A stretch of 15,136 bases of DNA from Candidatus Bipolaricaulia bacterium (GCA_046758705.1 JBHIAT010000083.1:1-15136), one strand, 5' to 3'. Shown: positions 1 to 8,400, counted from the first letter of the stretch. Translations and numbers: made by a program. Notes: a model not told the origin generated them from the sequence alone.

Positions 1-1
1 A

Positions 2-130
2 GCGATCAACGGTGGGATGACCCCCTTCATCGAGGATGGCCTGCGCAAGGTCATCAGCGGGGTCACCTCTCTGGAAGAGGTGCTATGTCATAAAGGTACC
101 GGGCATCCGAATATCAGGGAGGGAGAGTAG
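2..130 (+). CDS. C-terminal fragment of a PilB/GspE-family pilus assembly ATPase (5' truncated by window)
   Basis: My translation of frame +2 gives AINGGMTPFIEDGLRKVISGVTSLEEVLCHKGTGHPNIREGE*. This matches the GspE/PilB C-terminal signature GM.T...DG..KV..G.TS.EEV. TAG at 128-130. Not in the ORF track. Confidence 0.85.
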   Translation, partial: AINGGMTPFIEDGLRKVISGVTSLEEVLCHKGTGHPNIREGE

Positions 131-568
131 ATGTACGAGCCCAAGGACCACTATGAGATAGTTGAGATTGTCATGCAGGATGACCGACTCACCGGGAAGG
201 TTCACATGCGCGGCTACCATCGGCTCTCCGACCTGCTCAACAGGGCAAAACGCCCGTTCCTTGCTGTCATCGATGAGGATGATCGGTTGATCATCCTCAA
301 CAAGGAGACGATTCACTACATTGTCCCCCAGAATCAAACGACTCGCCGGGTCGAGAAGCGGAGGGAGCGGATGGGGTTTGTCAAGGTGGAGATCCATGGC
401 GATGGCTTCCAGGTTATCGGCGACGTAAGCTTACGAGGCTTCAGGCGAATATCGGATTTGATGAACGATGAGCGTTACTCGTTCCTCCCGGTCATCGACG
501 ACCAGGGCCAGGTGATGATCGTTAACAAGAGCACGGTCGAATACGTGATCCCTCTGGAGGAGGAGTGA
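131..568 (+). CDS. Hypothetical protein made of two homologous ~65-aa domains (DUF6812-like by recollection; possible Sm/Hfq-like fold)
   Basis: ATG directly follows the ATPase TAG, with GGAG upstream. Internal repeat: GKVHMRGYHRLSDLLN..PFLAV..LIILNKETIHYIVP vs GDVSLRGFRRISDLMN..SFLPV..VMIVNKSTVEYVIP. Confidence 0.8.
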   Translation: MYEPKDHYEIVEIVMQDDRLTGKVHMRGYHRLSDLLNRAKRPFLAVIDEDDRLIILNKETIHYIVPQNQTTRRVEKRRERMGFVKVEIHGDGFQVIGDVSLRGFRRISDLMNDERYSFLPVIDDQGQVMIVNKSTVEYVIPLEEE

Positions 569-613
569 TGGCTTTGAAGGGACGTTTAGACTCCATAGCA
601 GGTTTTCCCGGAG

Positions 614-1114
614 ATGAGATCTGAGAACGGATTTACCCTGTTTGAGTTGCTGACTGTCATCGCGATCATCGGGATCTTGGCTGCCTCGTTGCCGTCGCTG
701 CGGCCCTTGTATCTCTTCTACCAGATGCGGTCGACCGCCAACGGCCTCGTCTCCGACATCAACTGGGCTCAGGGCTTCGCCCTTAAGGAGCGGGAGACGT
801 TATGCGTGGACTTTCCGCAGACCGGCTACCGCATCCGTATCTCGGATGGCACAGACCCACAAACGGCCGTCCAGGTGCGGTACATCCCCAAGGAGTTCGT
901 GCTCATCGATCGCGGGTTCTTCGTCTCCAGTGACGATTGCAGCAATGATGCGAACCTGTTGATCATCGAGCCACGGACATTGTCAAACGGCAGTGTGGTC
1001 GTCGCCCCCAGCGATTTCCAGTCGGGCACCCAGGGCCGGGGAGCGGTGACCAGTCTATTCAGGGTGACCGACCAATGTTACCAATACGACGGAGCTGCTT
1101 GGCAAACATGCTGA
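614..1114 (+). CDS. FimT/FimU/GspH-like minor pilin
   Basis: Class III signal ENG|FTLFELLTVIAIIGILAA with E5, followed by ..STANGLVSDINWAQGFA.., which resembles the FimT/GspH helix. Four Cys in the globular part. Confidence 0.85.
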   Translation: MRSENGFTLFELLTVIAIIGILAASLPSLRPLYLFYQMRSTANGLVSDINWAQGFALKERETLCVDFPQTGYRIRISDGTDPQTAVQVRYIPKEFVLIDRGFFVSSDDCSNDANLLIIEPRTLSNGSVVVAPSDFQSGTQGRGAVTSLFRVTDQCYQYDGAAWQTC

Positions 1115-1545
1115 AGAACGAACGAGGCGTAGGGTTGATAGAGGTGATGGCCTCTCTGGTGATCTTCCTGCTGATCACCATCGGCCTGATCAACTTCTTC
1201 CTCAACGGCATCCGATCGAACGCCGATGCCGAGCACCGTGCCCAGGCGACCGGGCTGGCGAAGGGGAAGATGGAGGCGATCGAGACCATGAACTTCGACG
1301 ACATCACCCCTGCTGGCCTTCAGACCCAGTGGTTCAGGTATTCACCTGACAGACGCCTGACATGGGGACAGACCGGAGACCGATTCACGGTGGCCACCAC
1401 CATCCCGCAGTCGTGGGACACGGACAGCGACGGGGAGGTCGATCTGAAGCAGGTGGTGGTGACCGTCTCATGGATCGAGGGAAACTCGTTTAGGGAGGTG
1501 GAGGTTGAAACGATCATTGCCGATGTTACGACGATCTCGAGCTGA
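1108..1545 (+). CDS. PilV-like minor pilin
   Basis: MLKNERG|VGLIEVMASLVIFLLITIGL; 'AT.LA..KME.I' and 'LKQVVVTVSW' are typical of PilV/GspI-like pilins. ATG 1108 overlaps the upstream stop (ATGCTGA), so it is preferred over 1075. Confidence 0.85.
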   Translation: MLKNERGVGLIEVMASLVIFLLITIGLINFFLNGIRSNADAEHRAQATGLAKGKMEAIETMNFDDITPAGLQTQWFRYSPDRRLTWGQTGDRFTVATTIPQSWDTDSDGEVDLKQVVVTVSWIEGNSFREVEVETIIADVTTISS

Positions 1546-2383
1546 ACCCGAGCACGGCGAACGGGGCTTCACCCTGCTCGAGCTGATGCTGTCCGTTGCC
1601 ATCTTCAGTATTTTGGCACTCGGGCTCTATGAATTCCTGATCCGCAGTGGGATCCAGACGTGGGAACGGAATCTGATCCGGAACAAGCTGATCCGCAACG
1701 GCAATTACGATGTCGAACTTCTGGTCCGGGACCTCCGCGAGGCGCGCAACCTCAAGATGGGCGATGACGACGGGTCGGTTCAAAGTCCATTCACCACCAC
1801 CTTCGAGGTCACCCATGAGATCGAAGTGGCAAACGGCGTCGGACCGGACGGCGCCGGCTGGGTTGAGGTGCTCGGCGGGATGGGAACGGAGGGCGCCAAC
1901 TACGATCGAACCTGGTGTTTGGAGTATGATGACCCGCCCGGGCGGTTCGACGTCTACAGCTTCGTGGAAGATGCGTCCCAAGCCGGAGGCTGCGATTCAG
2001 GCACCGCCGAGGGGTGGATTTTGATCAACCAGACGTTCGATTCCGGCGGCCTGCGTTTCGTCGTCCGCAGCGGAACCCAGACCTTCGGGGACGGTGATCG
2101 ATTCGCTATCTCCCCGCAGACCACCTTCCGGACCAGCGACACCACCCCGCAGACGGGATCGGTCCGGTTCCGGATCCGGGATACTGGGGTTCCGCTCTTA
2201 CTGAAGATACAGGAGAACAGCGGAGGAAACGGCAACCCGATCATGGAGGAGAGCATCCTGAAAAGCATCGCGTTCATCCAGTACAACAAGAGGATCGAGA
2301 TTCAGCTGCTCCTGGCGGAGAACGGCCAGACGGTCTCGATGTGGACCCTCGTCGTCCCAAGGATATGGGCCAGCCAGATATGA
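1505..2383 (+). CDS. PilW/PulJ-like minor pilin with inserted beta domain
   Basis: ERG|FTLLELMLSVAIFSILALGLY and the 'LVRDLREA' motif typical of PilW/GspJ. TTG start has GGAGG at 1494-1498; alternative ATG at 1523. Confidence 0.82.
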   Translation: MKRSLPMLRRSRAEPEHGERGFTLLELMLSVAIFSILALGLYEFLIRSGIQTWERNLIRNKLIRNGNYDVELLVRDLREARNLKMGDDDGSVQSPFTTTFEVTHEIEVANGVGPDGAGWVEVLGGMGTEGANYDRTWCLEYDDPPGRFDVYSFVEDASQAGGCDSGTAEGWILINQTFDSGGLRFVVRSGTQTFGDGDRFAISPQTTFRTSDTTPQTGSVRFRIRDTGVPLLLKIQENSGGNGNPIMEESILKSIAFIQYNKRIEIQLLLAENGQTVSMWTLVVPRIWASQI

Positions 2384-2409
2384 TAGAGATGGGCAATCAG
2401 CCCGCGATT

Positions 2410-2439
2410 TTGACAGAGATGTATGATAAGTGTTACCCT
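2410..2439 (+). promoter_or_regulatory. Putative sigma70 promoter upstream of pilM (TTGACA-18 nt-TACCCT, with extended-10 TG)
   Basis: TTGACA 2410-2415, TG 2431-2432, TACCCT 2434-2439 in an AT-richer intergenic gap. Confidence 0.4.
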
Positions 2440-2502
2440 CAATCGGGCCGATGTGCACTCGATGCTTGGCCTACCACAAAGTCTGCCCTAGCTGGATGCG
2501 CT

Positions 2503-2557
2503 AAAATGGCAAAATGGGGGTATAATGCCAAAATGGGAGACATCATAATAACTTATG
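2503..2557 (+). promoter_or_regulatory. Second candidate pilM promoter/operator region (TATAAT flanked by repeats)
   Basis: TATAAT 2521-2526; AAAATGG at 2503, 2511 and 2530; inverted TGGCA (2507-2511) / TGCCA (2526-2530); CATAA-N4-TTATG 2544-2557. No good -35. Confidence 0.4.
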
Positions 2558-2590
2558 TTATAAGGTTAAAACACAAGAGGTGGAAAAGAG

Positions 2591-3697
2591 ATGGCCTTCT
2601 CAGAATGGATTAGTAAGCTCGGTGGGAATGTCAAGCATAATACAGCCATCGATATCGAAGGTTCCAGCCTGAAGCTGGTTCAACTGAAGTATACCCGGGA
2701 GCAGCGCAAGCTGATCAATTTCGATATCGAGCGACTCGAGACCGGTGGTCTCGAAGGGGCGGAGATCGCCGACGAGGCCCAGGTGATCGGGGCCCTCAGA
2801 GAGTTGAAACAACGCAACGGCTTGCGGGACGGGGAAGAAGTGATCTCGTGTCTGCCGGGTGAGAAGGTCACCGTCCGGTATACCTTGGTTCCGAACATGT
2901 CCGATAAAGACATTCGGGAGGCGGCCCGGTGGATCTTTCAAGATGAATTGCCGTTTTCGATCGAAGACGTCGAGAAGAACTATCTTCGGGCCGGTACCTC
3001 CGCCGATGCAGACGGCGTGGAGAAGGTCAAAGTCCTGATCGTCGCCAGCCCTAAAGAGTTTGTATGGAAATGGATTGAACTCTTCGATGCCGCCGGACTG
3101 CGCATGGGGCCGCTCGATGCTCAGCCTTTTTGCCTGATGAACCTGCTCGAGGGTCGCCTGCGCAGGAACGCCCGGACCATCATCGTCAGGCTGGGCCAGC
3201 AGTCATCCGATATGGGCATCCTCGACGGGGATCAGATCCAATTCACCCGGAATATATCGGTCGGCTGGGACGACCTGATCGAACGGGCGGTCACCCAGTA
3301 CAACCTCCCGATCGGCGATGCCCGAAAGCGGCTGGCTGACCTTGCCGCACGGTATCCTTTGCAAGAGGCGACGGAGGACTCCCAGGAGGAAGGGATACAA
3401 AATCTGATCACCAGCTTCATCGAGAAACTCGTCTGGGAGATCCAGCGATCGACTCGCTTCTACTACGATGAGAGCCCCTCTGGTGGAGAGATCTCCAAGG
3501 TGTTTCTCACCGGTCCGGGCTGCTCCATCAACGGGATCGAAGAGGAGTTCGGACAACGGTTGGAGTTAAGTGCCGAAGAGATCTCTGCGCTAGAGTCTGT
3601 CGACCTATCCAGCCTCGATGATGTCCGACGGGAGCGCCTGAAAGTCCAGGCGCGGGACTACACCACCGCGATCAGTCTGGCGATGCGAGATATGTAA
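2591..3697 (+). CDS. pilM: Type IV pilus assembly protein PilM (actin/FtsA-like)
   Basis: AIDIEGSSLKLVQL N-terminal motif, 'LPFSIEDV', 'VLIVASPK', 'EIQRSTRFY', 'VFLTGPG' and C-terminal 'AISLAMR'. Sits first in a pilMNO(P)Q gene order. Confidence 0.92.
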   Translation: MAFSEWISKLGGNVKHNTAIDIEGSSLKLVQLKYTREQRKLINFDIERLETGGLEGAEIADEAQVIGALRELKQRNGLRDGEEVISCLPGEKVTVRYTLVPNMSDKDIREAARWIFQDELPFSIEDVEKNYLRAGTSADADGVEKVKVLIVASPKEFVWKWIELFDAAGLRMGPLDAQPFCLMNLLEGRLRRNARTIIVRLGQQSSDMGILDGDQIQFTRNISVGWDDLIERAVTQYNLPIGDARKRLADLAARYPLQEATEDSQEEGIQNLITSFIEKLVWEIQRSTRFYYDESPSGGEISKVFLTGPGCSINGIEEEFGQRLELSAEEISALESVDLSSLDDVRRERLKVQARDYTTAISLAMRDM

Positions 3698-3747
3698 GGT
3701 TTTCCTCTTTCCGTTGTGGATTGAGTCGGGATTAAAGGAAACAAACG

Positions 3748-4353
3748 ATGGCAGCAACAATGACACGGGGCCAGATCGATCTCAGACCGGCAGGTTATAG
3801 CCGGCGTGGGATCAGGCTACAGCTGAACTACAGCACGGCGTTGGTCGGGGGGGTGATCCTCGTGGCTCTGCTGATGGGCGCTGTCTACACCCTCAATAAC
3901 ATGGAGATCAACAGTTTGAATGTGGATATTCAGAAGGTCGACAAGGACATCAGAAAGCTTCAGGAGCTCGAGAGGAAAGTGAGAGAAGCCCAACGAAGAC
4001 GGGATCAGATCAACGATCGGATCGCGGTGATCAATCAGCTGGAGGGTCTACAAATCGAGTGGGCCAGGGTCCTAAACGAGCTGGTCTGGGCGCTTCCCTC
4101 CGAGGTGAAGATTGATCGGATCCAGACGATTCGAACGGCTGACGCGGGCGGAACGAGTCTCATCGTGGACGGCAGCGGAAGCTCAATCAACAGGATCATC
4201 GGAGGATTCATGGCCAACCTCGAGCGCTCCGATCTCTTTGAAGCGGTGAACTTGCGGAGCGATATCAAGGCAACCGGACGGCAACGGTTTCCGTTCTCGA
4301 TAGAGATTCTGCTCGCTGAAGATAGCGCCAGAGCCAGAGGTGGAAGAGGGTAG
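3748..4353 (+). CDS. pilN: Type IV pilus assembly protein PilN
   Basis: N-terminal IDLRP (variant of INLLP), one TM segment, coiled coil, 'WARVLNELVWALPSEV' and 'FMANLERSDLF' PilN motifs. Confidence 0.9.
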   Translation: MAATMTRGQIDLRPAGYSRRGIRLQLNYSTALVGGVILVALLMGAVYTLNNMEINSLNVDIQKVDKDIRKLQELERKVREAQRRRDQINDRIAVINQLEGLQIEWARVLNELVWALPSEVKIDRIQTIRTADAGGTSLIVDGSGSSINRIIGGFMANLERSDLFEAVNLRSDIKATGRQRFPFSIEILLAEDSARARGGRG

Positions 4354-4362
4354 GGATCGGAC

Positions 4363-5436
4363 ATGCAAATCCCGTTTTTGGAGAACCTCGCAACCCGGGA
4401 GAGAGCGCTCGTCGCCATCATCGTGCTGGGAGTCATCCTTTTCGGTTTGTACTCGTTCATCTACACCCCCCAACAAGAGGAGCTCCAAACACTGGATAAG
4501 AAACTGGCGGAGAAACGTCTGGCCAGGAAGAGCTTGGAAAGAGACAATACCCCGGAGAAGATCCAAGAGTTGGAGCGGCAGATCGTCGATCGGGAGCAGG
4601 AGTTGATCCGGTTAAATGAACGGATCCCTCAGCGTGAGGAGCTTCCCTTGCTGGTGAGGAATATCTCGACCTACGGAGAACAGGCAGGCGTCAGCATCAC
4701 CCAACTCAAGGAATCTGATTTTAAACAGGGCGAGAAGTTCTGGACGAAACCCTACACGCTGGCGAGCGAAGGGGGCTACCTGGGCATGGTCCGCATGCTT
4801 TATGCGGTTCAACGCGGACGCAGGATACTCAATGTTGACGGTTTCACCATCGTCGGCGACGATCCCAACAACCTGCACGTGACTTCGGTGATCCATTCCT
4901 ACGTCATCCCATCGGAGGACCCAATCCTCATGAGCACACCCGCGCAAACCGGGCCGGTAGTCGACGAGGTCGATATCGAACCCGACTTTGAACTGGTGCT
5001 GCAGAACCCGTTTGAGGATTACTTTATCCCCGAACCGGAGCCGGAGATCGTGGCGGAACCCGAGGAGGAACTGATTGTGGTGACTTTGGAGCCAGATCTG
5101 GTGCTTCAGGATAACGCGTTGACCTTCCAGGGGCTCCGGAATGATTTCGCCCTGCAGGACTTGGCTACACAGGTTATCCCCCCGGCACTGTCGGAGTTGG
5201 CGGATGCCCCGCCGTTCATCCCGTTGAAGCAACTCCAGCTGGAGGATCGTTACAGCTATAATGGGTTCTTCGCATCGGACGGCCTGACGACTGCAATCAT
5301 CATCAAGGACGGTAGGGAGCAGCTGGTCAACGAGGGGGATCTGATGGATGGTTATGAGCTCGTGGAGATCGATCACGGGAAGGTCCTGTTTAAGAAGGAT
5401 GGTAGAGACTACATCCTATTAAAAGAGGAAAGATGA
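4363..5436 (+). CDS. pilO: PilO protein with fused C-terminal PilP/GspC-HR-like domain
   Basis: N-terminal 'RERAL..' plus TM, coiled coil, 'RIPQREELPLLVRNI' and 'G.Y..M..ML..V....RILNV' PilO motifs. Then an acidic/Pro linker with NPF, and a C-terminal 'YNGFF....TAII..DG...LVNEGD..DGYELVEID...VLF' domain. Confidence 0.8.
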   Translation: MQIPFLENLATRERALVAIIVLGVILFGLYSFIYTPQQEELQTLDKKLAEKRLARKSLERDNTPEKIQELERQIVDREQELIRLNERIPQREELPLLVRNISTYGEQAGVSITQLKESDFKQGEKFWTKPYTLASEGGYLGMVRMLYAVQRGRRILNVDGFTIVGDDPNNLHVTSVIHSYVIPSEDPILMSTPAQTGPVVDEVDIEPDFELVLQNPFEDYFIPEPEPEIVAEPEEELIVVTLEPDLVLQDNALTFQGLRNDFALQDLATQVIPPALSELADAPPFIPLKQLQLEDRYSYNGFFASDGLTTAIIIKDGREQLVNEGDLMDGYELVEIDHGKVLFKKDGRDYILLKEER

Positions 5437-8400
5437 AATCGCTCGCTCGCTGCCCGCATATACCGGTATCTCTCACTCTGTTCATCTCCGCCCTGCTCCT
5501 CTGGTTGTGCCTTTTGTTGGCACTTTCGCCATCGACCTTAGGACAGACCGTTCCCAGCCCGATCGAAGCGATCCAGGCGGTGGAGATGCCAGGGGGGGTG
5601 GAGGTCACCATCCAGGCCGATGGAAAGATCTCCAGGGAGAATCTCGTGGAGATCCGCACGAGTGAGGCGCGCGACACGCTGATCTTCCTCCTCAACGGCC
5701 TCACGATGGAGCGCAGACATCTGGTGACCGTTCCCCCAGGGTTGATCCTTGCCGTGGTCGCTGAGATGGAGGACGAGCTGGTCAAACTGTCGGTCGATTT
5801 GGTCGATCCGGTTCCCTTCGATGTGATCGAGACCGAGGCGGGCCTGTCGATCCTCATCGGTGATGTGGAGGCCGTCCGGACATCGGTCTTGAAACGGACC
5901 GCTCGCAGCCCGATCGAAGCGATCCAGGTGGTGGAGATGCCAGGGGGGGTGGAGGTCACCATCCAGGCCGATGGAAAGATCTCCAGGGAGAATCTCGTGG
6001 AGATCCGCACGAGTGAGGCGCGCGACACGCTGATCTTCCTCCTCAACGGCCTCACGATGGAGCGCAGACATCTGGTGACCGTTCCCCCAGGGTTGATCCT
6101 TGCCGTGGTCGCTGAGATGGAGGACGAGTTGGTCAAGCTGTCGGTCGATTTGGTCGATCCGGTTCCTTTCGATGTGGTCGAGACCGAGGCGGGCCTGTCG
6201 ATCCTCATCGGTGATGTGGAGGCAGTTGCCGAGGAACGGGAACGGATCCGAAGAGAACAGACCCGGCAAGCGATCGCCGAGCTCAAGGAGGCTCGGACCA
6301 CTCCCCAGCAGACCCAGATCACAGAGACCGAGACTGCCCTCCAGGAGATCGAGACCCCAGAGACCCCAACCACGCTCCACGAGACTCAGAATGCCTTGGG
6401 CGATAATCACGAAGAGGTGATCAGTACTGCGATCCTCACAGTCGCCACGGTGGAGTCATCTGAGATCATCCGGACATCGGCCCAGGAACAGACCGCTTCC
6501 AGCCCGATCGTAGCGATCCAGGTGGTGAAGGTGCCAAGGAAGGTGGCGATCACCATTCAGGCCGATGGAAAGATCTCCAGGGAGAATCTCGTGGAGATCC
6601 GCACGAGTGAGGCGCGCGACACGCTGATCTTCCTCCTCAACGGCCTCACGGTGGCACGCAGACATGTGGTGGCTGTCACTCGAGGGTCGATCCTCGCCCT
6701 GGCCGCTGAGATGGAGAACGGGCTGGTCAAGTTGTCGGTCGATTTGGTCGGTCCGGTTCCCTTCGATGTGATCGAGACCGAGACGGGGGAGCTTTCGATC
6801 CTCATCGATGATGCAGAGGCGATTGCCGAGGAACGGGAACGGATCCGACGAGAACGGGCCCGGCAAGCGATCGCCCTGGCCGAGACCGAGGTCGACCTGG
6901 CATCTGCCAGCCTGAAACAGGCGAGGGCAAACGGGCTCGCCGATGATCCGTTCGCCGAGGCGACGGCCAAGATCGGAGAGGCCCAGGACACCCTTCAGAA
7001 GGCTCGGAATGCCTTTGCGCGCGGTGACTACGAGGAGACGATCGGCGCCGCGATCCTCACAGCCGTCTCGGCACAATCATCCTTCAAGATCGCCCGGACG
7101 GTGCTCACTACCCCGGTACCCGTACCTATCGTGGAACTGCCCATCCCTCCTGAACCCGGACCCGAACCCGAACTGATACCCGAGGAGACGATCCTGGAGA
7201 TCGTCGAGTTTACCGATATACCGCTCCATCAGGTGATCAGCACCCTAAGCCGCGCCACCCGGAAGAACATCATCATCGACGATGTGATCCGAGATATCCT
7301 GATCACCCTGTCCCTGCAAAATGTCACCTTCCAGGAGATGCTGGAGAGCATCCGGTCCACTCACGAGCAGGTTGACTTCATCGAACGAACCGACGGATTC
7401 TTCATCTCCACACCGGAGAGGATCCTGTCACTCCAGACTCAACCCCAACCGCAACCCGAACCGATACCCGAGGAGACGATCTTGGAGACCGTCGAGTTTA
7501 CCGATATACCGCTCCATCAGGTGATCAGCACCCTAAGCCGCGCCACCCGGAAGAACATCATCATCGACGATGTGATCCGAGATATCCTGATCACCCTGTC
7601 CCTGCAAAATGTCACCTTCCAGGAGGTGCTAGAGAGCATCCGGTCCACTCACGAGCAGGTTGACTTCATTGAACGAACCGACGAATTCTTCATCTCCACA
7701 CCGGAGAGGATCCTGTCACTCCAGCCCCAACCCCAACCTATAGTCGTGCCGCAGCCTGAGCCTGGACCCGAACCGACGCCTGATGAGACGATCCTGGAGA
7801 CCGTCGAGTTGAGTGATATGCCGCTCCACCAGGCGATCCGCACCTTAGGCCGCGTCACCCAGAAGAATGTCATCATCGACACCGCGGTCCAGAACATCCC
7901 GATCACGATCTCCCTCAGGAACGTCACCTTCAGAGAGATCCTGAGGAACATTGCGTTCATTTACGAAAGCATCGACTTCATCGAACGGTCCGACGGATTC
8001 TTCATCTCCACACCGGAGAAGATCGAGGATTTGCGGGGCGGGGTCGCGGATCCGCTGTCCCAAGTCCATGTCTTCGATCTTCGCGGGTTCCAACCCACCC
8101 AGGTGCGCTCGATCCTGATCTTCTACATCCCCGAACTCACGGAGAAGCACGTCGGGGTTATCGGAGATCAACTGCTCGTCCGCGGCACTCCAGAGACCCT
8201 CGTCCGTGTTGATGCATTGATCGAGGATCTGCAACGCCGGGCCGGACAACCTACTGAAGAAGGAGGGACCCCGTTCAGCCTGAAGGTCGATGCGGGGGGG
8301 ATCTCGGCCAACTTGCGTGAGGCCGATCTCGTCTCCGTCCTCAATCAAATCGCCCAACAGAGTGACCAGAACGTCGCTATCGCCCCCGAGGTCAACGGGA

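Noticed and set aside
2341-2613. 90-aa ORF spanning the pilW-pilM gap
   Set aside because: Overlaps both neighbours, lacks a pilin signal, and covers promoter-like AT-rich sequence.
5390-7076. Long antisense ORFs (5390-6373, 5538-6410, 6456-7076) with internal repeats
   Set aside because: Shadows of pilQ in a GC-rich, repeated region; no recognisable motifs.
5555-7724. Repeats as CRISPR, DGR template/variable repeats, or shufflon
   Set aside because: They are long in-frame direct domain duplications. Mismatches are mixed transitions rather than adenine-specific; there are no spacers, reverse transcriptase or recombinase in the window.
3847-8300. G7 tracts (3847-3853, 5592-5598, 5943-5949, 8294-8300) as phase-variation sites
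   Set aside because: Short, in frame and explained by Gly-Gly codons; two are copies within the same repeat.
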